Below, in pieces: positions 9,664-19,406 of a DNA stretch of 64,000 nucleotides. A model generated the notes under the pieces. It made no database searches. It was not told the origin of the DNA and saw only the letters and a list, made by a program, of their open reading frames with translations. Source of the DNA: a virus; IMG/VR virus record IMGVR_UViG_3300027792_000013, positions 1 through 64,000 of that record; one strand, written 5' to 3'. Position 1 is the stretch's first letter, and every line of letters starts with the position of its first letter. The position numbers were made by a program, and so were the translations under genes.

Positions 9664-10110
9664 TTAGATCTCCGGAAGTCGAATAAATCCTAAAAACAAT
9701 GGATCGCTGAATTTGTGTTGAACAAATTTTACCTTTGATGGATATGCCCCAACATTACCTTCAATATTTTTGTATGTTGCTGGATTGACTTCAGATACAA
9801 TACCAACATGACCAGTCCAAGTCTGTGGAGGCCTTGAATAAAATGCTAGATCGCCTAGTTGTGGGTCTGTAACTTCAAATACTTTTCTATATTCATTCCA
9901 GGCCTTTCTTGCTGAAATATGATATTCCAAAAACAAATCATTGTCAAAATATCCAACTTGAAGCATACAATAACTTACAAATGGCATACACCAAGCCTGG
10001 CCCTCATCTGTTTTTCCGTTATAATAACGAATAATGTGTGGGCCCATATTGTTTCCACCTTCTTCTCCATTTCCAAGTTCAGTTAAAGCATACTCTAAGA
10101 GTTTATTCAT
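9664..10110 (-). CDS. CHAP-domain peptidoglycan hydrolase (endolysin candidate)
   Basis: AWCMPFVSYC catalytic Cys, GHVGIV catalytic His, IEGN. Confidence 0.85.
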   Translation of the reverse strand: MNKLLEYALTELGNGEEGGNNMGPHIIRYYNGKTDEGQAWCMPFVSYCMLQVGYFDNDLFLEYHISARKAWNEYRKVFEVTDPQLGDLAFYSRPPQTWTGHVGIVSEVNPATYKNIEGNVGAYPSKVKFVQHKFSDPLFLGFIRLPEI

Positions 10111-10149
10111 TGTTTTTCTCCCAATTAGCTAACATATTTTGTAAAAATC

Positions 10150-11382
10150 TCATTTGTCCTCCCTAAATCCCAAAAACACAGGAAATCTCAATGAGATTTT
10201 ATCATCGGTTAGATTTTGATATTGAACACTAACCGTTTTTCCTATGTACTTAGATTGATTCAAAAAGATTTCAACCCTTGTTTTATCATCAAATCCACTA
10301 CCAATTTTACATTGGATTTGATGCCCATCTACATTTCCTTTGGCTATTAAAGCCCCAAGTTTACCAATATGTTTTCCTTCACCTTCTTCAAATCCAACTA
10401 CAGTCAAGTCCGCATCCATCATAAATTTTAATTTCAGAAGGTCATCTGACCGATCAAAATTATAATGTCGTATAGGATGTCTCAACATAGCCCCTTCATA
10501 ATTGTTTTCAACAAAAACTTTGGCTAAAACCATAACCTCGCAACTATTGACATCGATTCCAATTAAAAATTTTAGATATTGAAAATCACAGATATTTTTA
10601 ACTTCCCGCATTTTGTCGGACATTTCATTTGTATTACCAATAGATTTCGAAATCATAGCAAAAATCATGTATTTAATTTTTTGTTTCTTTTCTGGATCTA
10701 TGTTGACATTAGAAGTTACGATTCCTTGGATTTCCTGGAACCCAATATTATCAGCGTACAATTCCCCATCGAGCATTTCTATGTCTTCAAATTTTTTAAA
10801 AATAGTTTCGATTTCAGCGATAATATGATCAAACCCAAAAATTTCTTTTCCTCCACGGGAGAAAAATCCAAGGCCTCTGATATAGACAGCTCGTAAACCA
10901 TCAAGTTTTGGAGTAACATTCCAAGTGTCCGTATCATACTTTTTTTGTGGATCATATTTATTGGCTAACTGAACTTTGAATTCAGAAACAAAGGTTGGAC
11001 CAAAAATTTTATTCAATGTCTTTGTAGAAACCCCAATTTTCATATCTTTGTTGATGATTTTTTCAAAGATTTCCAAAGTGGATTTATCACAACCATCAAG
11101 AGTTTCAGCTATTTTGTTAAGTGCTTCATGCCCGGTATATACTCTATTTGATAAGTTCAATAAGAGATCGAAGATAGTTTGTTGTTTGCTTTCAAAACTC
11201 CAACCTTGATCAACTGTTCGTATATCGGGTAATTTGTTTACATGAAACATTTTTGTGGGTTCATACGTCATATTAAAAACCATTTTTAGGGTTTCACATG
11301 AAAATTCTTTTATAATTTTTTCTTTTTCGAGTCGTGATGAAGTTTCCCCAACCTTTTTTAATGTTTCGTAAATAGAAATCAT
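10150..11382 (-). CDS. gp30: ATP-dependent DNA ligase (T4 gp30)
   Basis: PKLDGLR adenylation motif, LDGELY, EGAMLR, LLKLK, GSGF, SLRFPVF. Confidence 0.95.
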   Translation of the reverse strand: MISIYETLKKVGETSSRLEKEKIIKEFSCETLKMVFNMTYEPTKMFHVNKLPDIRTVDQGWSFESKQQTIFDLLLNLSNRVYTGHEALNKIAETLDGCDKSTLEIFEKIINKDMKIGVSTKTLNKIFGPTFVSEFKVQLANKYDPQKKYDTDTWNVTPKLDGLRAVYIRGLGFFSRGGKEIFGFDHIIAEIETIFKKFEDIEMLDGELYADNIGFQEIQGIVTSNVNIDPEKKQKIKYMIFAMISKSIGNTNEMSDKMREVKNICDFQYLKFLIGIDVNSCEVMVLAKVFVENNYEGAMLRHPIRHYNFDRSDDLLKLKFMMDADLTVVGFEEGEGKHIGKLGALIAKGNVDGHQIQCKIGSGFDDKTRVEIFLNQSKYIGKTVSVQYQNLTDDKISLRFPVFLGFREDK

Positions 11383-11401
11383 TTTTAGCTCCTTTTTATC
11401 T

Positions 11402-11430
11402 ATTATATAATAAAATTAAAAAGAACTTAA
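11402..11430 (-). promoter_or_regulatory. Class II promoter TTAAGT-N17-TATAAT upstream of the ligase
   Basis: Exact motif and spacing. Confidence 0.65.
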
Positions 11431-11796
11431 AATATTTTGCCACTCTTTTAAAAATAGAAATGGTACTTGGGCTTCCAGACATTGATTGTTTAATTTTGTT
11501 ATCCACTTTCTTATACCTTCTTGACAGATCACCCAATTAACAGACCCTAAAAATGGAGTATCACCACAAAAATGTTTGTCAAGGCAATCTACGTATGTAT
11601 ATCGTTGTCCAGTTTTTGATGGCAAATCAATAGAGATATTTTTTAAATCAATAAATTCAGATTTTGGATTTACTATAACAAATCGTTTTCTAGCTTGTGT
11701 TTGTAACAATATTGGTATATATTCATTGGCTTGTTTTTGTGTTTCAATTTTGATACCAATCCAAAAGTTTTCAGATGTTGTTAAGATCTGCAACAT
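11416..11796 (-). CDS. Truncated DUF5131 (phage Gp37/Gp68)-like protein
   Basis: QILT, NFWIGI.IETQ.QA.E.IP.LLQT.A..RF, NWVI, VPFLF match the C-terminal half of the family; no N-terminal Cys motif. Confidence 0.5.
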   Translation of the reverse strand: MLQILTTSENFWIGIKIETQKQANEYIPILLQTQARKRFVIVNPKSEFIDLKNISIDLPSKTGQRYTYVDCLDKHFCGDTPFLGSVNWVICQEGIRKWITKLNNQCLEAQVPFLFLKEWQNILSSF

Positions 11797-11799
11797 TTT

Positions 11800-12261
11800 T
11801 TAATCTCCTTTGTTTATAATTGATTCAACAAATTCTCTAGTTTTTTCATTAAAAATAATTTTATTTTTGTTTTTATTATACCATTCTTTGCAATCCCATT
11901 TTCCAGTAATAGCCCTTCCCGCCCCCATCCAATCAGCGATCATTTCTAGGGCATAATGTTTAGGAATTTCAATTGGTATAATTTTTCCACTATCCTCTTT
12001 TAAAATCCAATATTGCCAATGATGTGGATTTCGATGTTGATGCAATAACCATGCTAGTTTAAAATTTTTATCTTCTATGTATTGCTTTTTACCGGTTCTA
12101 CTATAAAATGTTTTTGCGTATGATAAAAACTCTCGGGGTAAAAATTTACTGGTGTCATGAAAGACAATTCTGAAAAATGGAGCATTTATTCTATAGCCGG
12201 CGATTAAAACAAACCATTTGTGTTTAATAATATATTTTAAATAATTTATATATCTTTTCAT
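11800..12261 (-). CDS. DUF5662-like HD-type protein
   Basis: HKWFV, HDTSKF, AWLLHQHRNPHHWQYW, EMIADW. Confidence 0.7.
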   Translation of the reverse strand: MKRYINYLKYIIKHKWFVLIAGYRINAPFFRIVFHDTSKFLPREFLSYAKTFYSRTGKKQYIEDKNFKLAWLLHQHRNPHHWQYWILKEDSGKIIPIEIPKHYALEMIADWMGAGRAITGKWDCKEWYNKNKNKIIFNEKTREFVESIINKGD

Positions 12262-12429
12262 TTCTTTAAAGTACCATAGATATGATCCAAGTATTCTTTT
12301 ATAGTTTCGATAATATTCATTTGTATTTTAGTTTACAGAAATTATAATTACATTGAACAATAATCTGTTAGAATTATCACAATTTTTACAATTAATTTTT
12401 TCTTTCATAGTTAAAATCTTTTAACCTAT

Positions 12430-12639
12430 TCAAGAATTTCCGCAGTATCTTCCAATGTTACATGTAGAAGAAACAACAAAAGTAGACAATTTTTTCCAGC
12501 GCCACTCCGGTCCTCCCATTCTTAAAGATACATCACGATTCAAGTCCTTTGCTTCTTCGTCAGTTAGCGCAATGACAGAATAAATTTCATTCAACTCATC
12601 AACTAGACCATAAACAAACCTAATTTTTTCTTTTTTCAT
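12430..12639 (-). CDS. Hypothetical protein (similar to 32271..32480)
   Basis: Likely start MKKEK after GAGGAA; Y.L.D..N.I....W.W.KLS shared with 32271..32480. Confidence 0.5.
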   Translation of the reverse strand: MKKEKIRFVYGLVDELNEIYSVIALTDEEAKDLNRDVSLRMGGPEWRWKKLSTFVVSSTCNIGRYCGNS

Positions 12640-12659
12640 TTTTTCCTCCTCTACTAATT

Positions 12660-12983
12660 TTACCACCAATAAATCATTTCTGGTATAGTGTACTTTGAAA
12701 TGTCATTGTAGAAATCTGAGGTATGTTTAGAATGAGAATAATAACCAAACCCCAAATATTCGATATCGCTAAAATCTGACAAATTTCTACGAGTTCTTGA
12801 CCATTCTGTATATTCCACAACTTTGTCTAATCTAAAAATATACGCAAAGTTCTTGGTTGACCCACTGATTGTTCGTTGTTTTTTTGAAAACCAAAAATAT
12901 CCATATTCGCTATAACGAGTAAATCTAAGATATTTTTTCATATATATAATTAGTCTTCGATCTAGAAATAATAGCGTGGCCAT
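12660..12983 (-). CDS. Hypothetical protein
   Basis: 107-aa aromatic-rich ORF. Confidence 0.45.
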   Translation of the reverse strand: MATLLFLDRRLIIYMKKYLRFTRYSEYGYFWFSKKQRTISGSTKNFAYIFRLDKVVEYTEWSRTRRNLSDFSDIEYLGFGYYSHSKHTSDFYNDISKYTIPEMIYWW

Positions 12984-13063
12984 TAAGTTCTTTTATTTTT
13001 ACAAAATATCCGCCAAGAGGTTCTTTTTTTAAAACAATCGTGTATGGTAAATCTAAATAGTAT

Positions 13064-13921
13064 TTAATGTCTTTCACGTATTCTCCTGGCTTCAATATGA
13101 GCTTTATGCAGTAACTTTATTTTTTTTATAGTAGCATTGGGGATTGACAAATATGGAGTAGGATCAAATGGATCATCGCTATGTAACATCGCGATTAAAT
13201 TTTGAATTAATTCCATATTTAAAAAAATACAATTATTTTCAACTTTTTTGTTAAAAATATATAATGGAGCTGATCCTATATTAAAATACCCAGAATAACA
13301 ATTACCGCAATTACCACCGCCAGTATTTTCATCTCCAATGTTGCCTTTACCGGAATTTCCATTGCCGATATTTTTGTAACCGGAATTTCCATTGCCGATA
13401 TTTTTGTAACCGGTATTTTGATTTCCTAAATTACCATAACCGGTATTTTCATTACCAGTGTTTTTATTACCGGTATTTTGATTTCCTAAATTACCATAAC
13501 CGGTATTTTCATCGCCGGTATTTCCATCGCCGGTATTTCGATCTCCAAAATTTCTATGGCCAGTATTTCTACTACCAATGTTTTTAGAACCAGTATTGGT
13601 ATTTCCGGTGTTAGTACTACCAATAGCTATTTCTCTAACCAGTTTTATTTTTTTACATACAAACTTTACAGCTGCTCCTGAATCAGATGAAGTGTTTAAC
13701 AACACATATTCGGCTTCAATCTCAAACAATCTTGATCCCTCAACCCAACTCCATGGGCCAGAAGGAAACTTACAGAAGTGAAATCCAGCTTGACATAAAA
13801 CAACTTTACCTTTGTGGGTATGCCATTTTCCTAACTCGAATTGAAATCCTCGGCATTTCATATCGATGTTTGTCAACTTAAAGCCTTTTACAATTACACC
13901 TTTTTTTGTAAATTTATTCAT
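13064..13921 (-). CDS. Pentapeptide (GxxNT/GNxNxG) repeat protein with N-terminal phage domain
   Basis: C..GFHFC N-terminal domain followed by ~20 GxxNT-type pentapeptides. Confidence 0.8.
   Translation of the reverse strand: MNKFTKKGVIVKGFKLTNIDMKCRGFQFELGKWHTHKGKVVLCQAGFHFCKFPSGPWSWVEGSRLFEIEAEYVLLNTSSDSGAAVKFVCKKIKLVREIAIGSTNTGNTNTGSKNIGSRNTGHRNFGDRNTGDGNTGDENTGYGNLGNQNTGNKNTGNENTGYGNLGNQNTGYKNIGNGNSGYKNIGNGNSGKGNIGDENTGGGNCGNCYSGYFNIGSAPLYIFNKKVENNCIFLNMELIQNLIAMLHSDDPFDPTPYLSIPNATIKKIKLLHKAHIEARRIRERH
13351..13512. repeat. Exact DNA repeats within the pentapeptide array
   Basis: 30-bp perfect tandem copy at 13351-13380/13381-13410; 42-bp exact copy at 13411-13452/13471-13512. Confidence 0.85.
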
Positions 13922-13924
13922 TTT

Positions 13925-14098
13925 TTATCTCCTTCTCTTGTTCCGAGTGGCGGTTGATTTACAAAATTTCTTTCCTTTTTCCCAATTTTTTATTTTCTTA
14001 TTCATAAGGTTTGAATCAAAGCAATTATCAGCAATAATCTTTTTTTGTATATCTTTTAAACCAATCTCGGCAAAATGTCTATACACTTCAATTTTCAT
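13925..14098 (-). CDS. Small hypothetical protein (MKIEVYRHFAEIG...)
   Basis: GAGGTG RBS; N-terminus duplicated at 14436-14501. Confidence 0.5.
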   Translation of the reverse strand: MKIEVYRHFAEIGLKDIQKKIIADNCFDSNLMNKKIKNWEKGKKFCKSTATRNKRRR

Positions 14099-14501
14099 CG
14101 CATCACCTCTTCTATTGCCCGTCGTGCCTTCTCCTGTCGAGCATAAAACCATATACTGTAGCTCGCTTGTTCAAGTGTTTTTATGTGTTTCACTATCCAC
14201 TCACCTAATTCCCGATCTATTTTGCATGCCCGTCTAAACCACTGTGTTTGCTCATCGAAAGTAACGCAATACTTCTTGCCGTTATTCTTGTCAATTTCCT
14301 TGACAAAACCGACACACCACCGGTCGCGAGGGTCGCCGTCGCTAAATTTCGTTGCCAATACGTAGTCGCCAACCTGAGGTTCTCCCCTATAAATCTTCAC
14401 CCCATCACCTCCTCCCTGGAGATTATCGCCACATTAATAATCTTTTTTTGTATATCTGTTAAACCAACCTCAGCAAAGTGTTTATACACCTCAGTTTTCA
14501 T
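14033..14501. repeat. 66-bp direct repeats (14033-14098 and 14436-14501) flanking a GC-richer ORF
   Basis: 59/66 identity by manual alignment. Confidence 0.8.
14095..14400 (-). CDS. Hypothetical protein (GC-richer insert)
   Basis: GTG start with GGAGGTG RBS; GDYVLATKFSDGDP.D.W.VGF. Confidence 0.6.
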   Translation of the reverse strand: MKIYRGEPQVGDYVLATKFSDGDPRDRWCVGFVKEIDKNNGKKYCVTFDEQTQWFRRACKIDRELGEWIVKHIKTLEQASYSIWFYARQEKARRAIEEVMR

Positions 14502-15009
14502 TTTTAACTCCTGTGGATTTTTTCATTTCCACTAATATTTCACGGATATGATTAAGCTGCCAATAATTTTCTGCAATTATTATCTTTAGCCACTCATTAT
14601 CTTGTTCTTCTGTGGTATTCATTGACCATTCTGTATCAAACACTACATTATGAGATAATTCCTTTATCATAATCCACTCAGTTTCAGATTCATTACCACA
14701 TAGATATTTTTGTTTAAATTTAAGGACAATTTCAGGTCGGTCGTCATTTGGATGTCGTTTTGACCAAATTGGCATAACATGCTCAATAAAATCATAATCT
14801 AGTTTTCTCTGTAGTTTCTCTGGAATTATCTCTGGCCGTATAAGTATCCACAACTTTTCCAATATTATCATTTCTGGCAATCCATCAATTATTTCCAACG
14901 GGGTTTTCCCTTTGCCAAAAAGTTTTTTTAAATTTTCAGGATAAAATGTCTCTCCTTCCTTATTGAATCCAGGCCCCCATTTCGTAATCATTTTTTGAGT
15001 GATTATCAT
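14491..15009 (-). CDS. Imm5-like helical domain protein
   Basis: DFIEHVMPIW...PNDDRP resembles the Imm5-like (CAE.VLP.F...P.D.RP) signature. Confidence 0.45.
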   Translation of the reverse strand: MIITQKMITKWGPGFNKEGETFYPENLKKLFGKGKTPLEIIDGLPEMIILEKLWILIRPEIIPEKLQRKLDYDFIEHVMPIWSKRHPNDDRPEIVLKFKQKYLCGNESETEWIMIKELSHNVVFDTEWSMNTTEEQDNEWLKIIIAENYWQLNHIREILVEMKKSTGVKNEN

Positions 15010-15026
15010 TTTTTTATCCTGCTTTT

Positions 15027-15055
15027 ATTATATAATAAAATAAATAAAAACTTAA
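15027..15055 (-). promoter_or_regulatory. Class II promoter TTAAGT-N17-TATAAT
   Basis: Exact motif and spacing in an intergenic gap. Confidence 0.65.
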
Positions 15056-15065
15056 ATAGACCATA

Positions 15066-15428
15066 TTAATTCATTTTAATTTGTTTTAATCGATTTGTTA
15101 CAAACAAAATTGTTCCAACTCTAATATTATTTAGAGAAAGTCCTTCATTAACAACTTCTTCTAAACTATACTCTCGTATTTCGATTGAATCTATTAGCAG
15201 ATTTTTACCAGTGGGTTTACAAACTACCCTTACAAAATCTTCTGTTTTTTCTACGCATACCACGGTATAACATTGTTTTCTTATACTCTCTTTGACTTGT
15301 TTAAGTGTATCATCTTCGACAAAATTTAGCAATAAAAAGGACGCTTTTACAAAATCTGTCATTTCTCTTGTAGATCTAAGAATTCCTTTATCGTTAAATA
15401 CTATAAAACCAGAATTAATATTGTTCAT
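15066..15428 (-). CDS. Hypothetical protein
   Basis: Likely start MNNINSG after GAGGAAG. Confidence 0.45.
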   Translation of the reverse strand: MNNINSGFIVFNDKGILRSTREMTDFVKASFLLLNFVEDDTLKQVKESIRKQCYTVVCVEKTEDFVRVVCKPTGKNLLIDSIEIREYSLEEVVNEGLSLNNIRVGTILFVTNRLKQIKMN

Positions 15429-17262
15429 CTTCTTCCTCAAATTCAACCTTTTTAATCTTAGATTCAATCATTCTCAATGCTTTAGCATCATCTGAAGTAA
15501 TCGGTCTTTTAAACACAACTTTTTTCTTCCACCATTCAATTGCTTTTTGTATTAATTTATCATCAATATCAGGATTTCTATTTTTAACTAGTTGAGCAAA
15601 ATCATGTTCAAGTTTCATTTCCTCTATTTTTTGTTTTTTAACTTCAATCAAACTAGGAATCATTCTCAAATAGTTTGCCCGATCAATTCTATTGTTTAAA
15701 TAGTAATCAATATCATCTACAGAAATATCGTCATAATTTAAAATAAAATCATCATCACGGCGAATCTCCAATGTTATCGCTCGTTTTCTTTTATATTCAA
15801 CCACATCATTTTCCCGTCTATTGTATTTCCATCGTAAATCTCCGGGGTTGATTGCAATATATAACCATTCGAAATTCAAATCTTTTGTAACAATATTTAA
15901 TTCATCTTTTCTTGTGCATACATCAAATATTTTATATTGTTCTCTGTACCGCAAACGATTAATGTTATAAATTCCAGAAGCTGGGTTTTCATAAATTTTC
16001 CATCCTCGATGTTTTAAAAAATCAAATCTTAAATTACAATTTGTAAAAATTATTCTGCTTCCTAATTTAATCTTGCTATTAATTTGTTTTTTCCAATCTA
16101 TCCAAGGTAATCTTCCATTTGGTAATTTGTAATCGTCGACATCATAAACAAAAACTATTCCCGTGTTTTCAATTGGATTTATTCTTGTATCGAATTCAAA
16201 GATCGGGGTTCTTTGAATAACTCCTTGCAGAAATACTGCTATTTTTTTATAAACAAAAACATCATCTTCGCTTATGGCATTTGGATTCTGTTTTTCCCAG
16301 TCAAAAGAATGTTTTCTAGAAGAAATTTTGTAATCCCTTTGAGGAAAAACTCTCGTGTTGCCCACTTCCATATCTGAAACAATGCGATACAAATTTTCTC
16401 CATTTCGTATCAACCAATATGTTTTTTTATCATATTGATCAAAAAAACTTTTGGCTAAATAATCTACGTCATCATAATCCTTTTTATACCTTCTTGGTTG
16501 TATTGCAATTATAGATTTTTCATGTGGACATAACTTCTTGTAATTTTCATTTTCAACTAACCAGTCATCAAATTCTTTTAGTCTGGAATGATCTAGTCCC
16601 CCATCAGTTGGATCTCCAATTTCTTCATCCATAAAATATACCATTTGATGAATATAAAGTTTTTCGTCTTTAGAAGTGTTTGCCCCTTCTTGAATCTGAA
16701 TAATCTCTTCATTAACCCCCAAGAAAACTTCAAATATACCAATAACTTTTCTGATCTTTTTTAACTTTTTTTCAAATTCATGAGCAATTTGATCCAAAGC
16801 ATTCACTTTGTGCTCAAGTAATATCTTGTAGATTTCAATCTCTCGTTTTTTCGTTTCAATTTCAAACTTCAATACCTGAACTAAATTTGAGTGATTCCGC
16901 CCAATTAAAGCTTCACATTTAGTTTCGACATCAATTTGTTCTTCGTTTTGATTAATAATTTTTTCAATTTCAGAATATAAATCAGTTGGATTTAAAACCT
17001 TTCGTATTATATCATCAGTTAATGCAATTAGTTTCATATCCTTTTGTAATTCTGTCATTGAATAAGAATAATCGTCGAATAAAACAGTTTTTAAGTCAAT
17101 ATCAATTTCATCGAAATGATATTTGTCATTAGAAAACCCGGTAAATCTGAATAAGTCTTTAGACTTTAAATCTATATATAAATTATTTTTGACAAACTCT
17201 GGAAGTGGATCTTCTATTTTCGTTACTGCGTTTTTTTGAACTATAACTTTTTTAATCTTCAC
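15415..17262 (-). CDS. Large hypothetical protein with coiled-coil segment
   Basis: 615-aa intact ORF; heptad-rich region around aa 130-180. Confidence 0.65.
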   Translation of the reverse strand: MKIKKVIVQKNAVTKIEDPLPEFVKNNLYIDLKSKDLFRFTGFSNDKYHFDEIDIDLKTVLFDDYSYSMTELQKDMKLIALTDDIIRKVLNPTDLYSEIEKIINQNEEQIDVETKCEALIGRNHSNLVQVLKFEIETKKREIEIYKILLEHKVNALDQIAHEFEKKLKKIRKVIGIFEVFLGVNEEIIQIQEGANTSKDEKLYIHQMVYFMDEEIGDPTDGGLDHSRLKEFDDWLVENENYKKLCPHEKSIIAIQPRRYKKDYDDVDYLAKSFFDQYDKKTYWLIRNGENLYRIVSDMEVGNTRVFPQRDYKISSRKHSFDWEKQNPNAISEDDVFVYKKIAVFLQGVIQRTPIFEFDTRINPIENTGIVFVYDVDDYKLPNGRLPWIDWKKQINSKIKLGSRIIFTNCNLRFDFLKHRGWKIYENPASGIYNINRLRYREQYKIFDVCTRKDELNIVTKDLNFEWLYIAINPGDLRWKYNRRENDVVEYKRKRAITLEIRRDDDFILNYDDISVDDIDYYLNNRIDRANYLRMIPSLIEVKKQKIEEMKLEHDFAQLVKNRNPDIDDKLIQKAIEWWKKKVVFKRPITSDDAKALRMIESKIKKVEFEEEDEQY

Positions 17263-17657
17263 TTTTCCTCAGTTTTTAGAAAAATGGCAATATTTGCTGC
17301 CTCAGCAAAAACATCCGCATACCCAGCAGCATGTCCATTTTCCCATGTTATTCGCCTAAGCGAAGCAGCCTTGGGGTGATTAGGATCTATACCAAGCTCA
17401 ACAAAAGCATCTTTCCAAAATTCTTCAACTATGCGATTTTCTTCTGCATACCATTCTTCTCTCTGTTTGCGGTAGTATGCCTGTGATTCATCATATAGTT
17501 TTTGAAGGTTTTGTTGTATTTCTAATTCCTGTTTTTTAAACTCTAAAATTTCTTTTGTATTACAATCTCTCAATGCGTCCGTGTCTGCTTGAAATTGTGG
17601 TTTACGAATTGCATGTTTGGGATAAGGTTTAGTGTTTACATACTTTTTAAAATCCAT
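17259..17657 (-). CDS. Phage hypothetical protein
   Basis: HPKA..L...WENGH..GY..V motif; GGAG RBS. Confidence 0.55.
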   Translation of the reverse strand: MDFKKYVNTKPYPKHAIRKPQFQADTDALRDCNTKEILEFKKQELEIQQNLQKLYDESQAYYRKQREEWYAEENRIVEEFWKDAFVELGIDPNHPKAASLRRITWENGHAAGYADVFAEAANIAIFLKTEEK

Positions 17658-18219
17658 GTTTTTCTCCTTTGTTTTTTCTATTTTTTATAAAATTAAAGTT
17701 GTCTGGCAATAAATCCATACATTTTTTAACCTCTAAAAAACTGATGGGTCTAAACTGATTACAATCAACCCCAACATCCATTGATTTTCCGTATATTTCG
17801 CGTAGCCTCCCATGAGAATGTCCAAATAAATGCCAGGAGTTGTAGTGGGATCTTGGCCATACCCGCATTGCATAATGACATAATACGATATGATGTCCAT
17901 CTATATTTACTTCAAAAATATTTTCTATGTCATCGTTTAACCAATTGTCATGTGATCCTTTTACAAAGTGATGATATTTTCCATTCAACAAGTCAATTAT
18001 GCTTTGAGTTTTTTCTTTGTCGCCAAAAGAAAAATCACCTAAGTGAAAAACAATGTCTTCTTCTCCAACGACTTCATTATGATATTTTACAAGATCTGCA
18101 TTCATATAGTGAATACTATGAAATGGTCTGTTACAGTACTTGATAATATTTTCATGAAAATAGTGCTCGTCCGCTGTAAACCAAACCATTCCTTGTACTT
18201 TAGTATTAATGCGCATCAT
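17647..18219 (-). CDS. Calcineurin-like metallophosphoesterase (copy 1)
   Basis: FTADEHYFH, HLGDF, GSHD, LCHY, LFGHSH, DVGVD. Confidence 0.88.
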   Translation of the reverse strand: MMRINTKVQGMVWFTADEHYFHENIIKYCNRPFHSIHYMNADLVKYHNEVVGEEDIVFHLGDFSFGDKEKTQSIIDLLNGKYHHFVKGSHDNWLNDDIENIFEVNIDGHHIVLCHYAMRVWPRSHYNSWHLFGHSHGRLREIYGKSMDVGVDCNQFRPISFLEVKKCMDLLPDNFNFIKNRKNKGEKHGF

Positions 18220-18225
18220 TTTCTT

Positions 18226-18660
18226 TTATTTCTCCATATCAATATCAAAATAAGACCACCAGCCCGGAGTAAATTTCTTCTCTGGGAGTTTTTCAAGTAA
18301 TGGGATGATGTCTCTAAAAAATTTTGCTCTTCTTTGAAATTTTTCAATCATAATTAAATGGTTTTTTTCTGAATTATCTTCTCTCCACTGATTGTAGGCG
18401 TTCATCGCATCGATATAACTAGAAAAATAGGTACAACCATATTTATTCGCAATATATCTAGGATTATTATCATAATGCATGAAACACCCGCGACAAGCTG
18501 CCTGTTTTGTGTAGAATGTGTGATAGTCGTTATTTTTGAAATAAATTTTACAAAATACACAGCGCGAACAACAGAAATACATGTAATTTTTGTCAAAATT
18601 TTCATATAGTCCAATCATTTTTCTACAAGCTTCCAATGTTTGTTCTTTATATGATTTCAT
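18226..18660 (-). CDS. Hypothetical Cys-rich protein
   Basis: CVFC, CRGC. Confidence 0.5.
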   Translation of the reverse strand: MKSYKEQTLEACRKMIGLYENFDKNYMYFCCSRCVFCKIYFKNNDYHTFYTKQAACRGCFMHYDNNPRYIANKYGCTYFSSYIDAMNAYNQWREDNSEKNHLIMIEKFQRRAKFFRDIIPLLEKLPEKKFTPGWWSYFDIDMEK

Positions 18661-18911
18661 TTTAATGACCTCCTACAAAATAATTGAATTCTTGCATTGT
18701 ATTCCAAAACTAGATAATCCAAAAATTTTACCAATATGGGATCCGGATCTTTTATGTTTGCATATACATATAGTATTCCAACAATAGCACACCCAATCCG
18801 AGTTCTTTTCCGTCTGACATAACTATAATTGCTTGGATTAGATAACATCCCATGAAACTCAACCAAAAGAGTTTGAAAACATTCGTTGGTAAAATCTATT
18901 TCGTCACACAT
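18657..18911 (-). CDS. Hypothetical protein
   Basis: 84-aa ORF with ATGA coupling. Confidence 0.4.
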   Translation of the reverse strand: MCDEIDFTNECFQTLLVEFHGMLSNPSNYSYVRRKRTRIGCAIVGILYVYANIKDPDPILVKFLDYLVLEYNARIQLFCRRSLK

Positions 18912-19018
18912 TTTTATCTCGTTTTATCAATTCCAAAGTCAGACCATCCACACAGTTTTCAACTTTTGAAATAAATTCATTGTATTCTTTTCTGTATATA
19001 TTTTTTGATTTCATATCC

Positions 19019-19342
19019 TCAAACATCTTCGGTCTCCAATATAAGTGATTTACCGAAAAGAATTGTCATAACTGTTTCTGTTTTTTCCCATCCGAGTCTA
19101 TGGTCTTGACAAACTTTACAGATCTTCTCTTTGTAAAATTTGCAATAATGTAAAGTTGATATTCTGTTCCACGAATTAAGTTCGTCTATTACCCAACTTG
19201 GAATCCCTTTACTATCTGGTTGAGTCAAATCATCTAGACATTCATCATAGAAATCATTAAAAATTTTTTCTATCAATAAGAACTTCCGTTGGTTTTCAAG
19301 CGTCAACAAAAATACTTTCCGTATTTCTTCTATTGAGTGCAT
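19019..19342 (-). CDS. Hypothetical protein
   Basis: Likely start MHSIEE after an AGGAG RBS. Confidence 0.5.
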   Translation of the reverse strand: MHSIEEIRKVFLLTLENQRKFLLIEKIFNDFYDECLDDLTQPDSKGIPSWVIDELNSWNRISTLHYCKFYKEKICKVCQDHRLGWEKTETVMTILFGKSLILETEDV

Positions 19343-19369
19343 TGTTTTTCTCCTTCTAATTCCTCGGAA

Positions 19370-19396
19370 AGGAGATTGGGACGCTCCCAATCTCCT
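19370..19396 (-). terminator. Stem-loop downstream of the ParB-like gene
   Basis: AGGAGATTGGGA-cgc-TCCCAATCTCCT, a perfect 12-bp inverted repeat 10 nt after the stop; only a short T tail. Confidence 0.55.
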
Positions 19397-19406
19397 CGCT
19401 GAAAAA

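Noticed and set aside
14033-14501. DGR template/variable repeat pair
   Set aside because: Mismatches are not adenine-specific, mostly fall at synonymous positions, and no reverse transcriptase is present in the window
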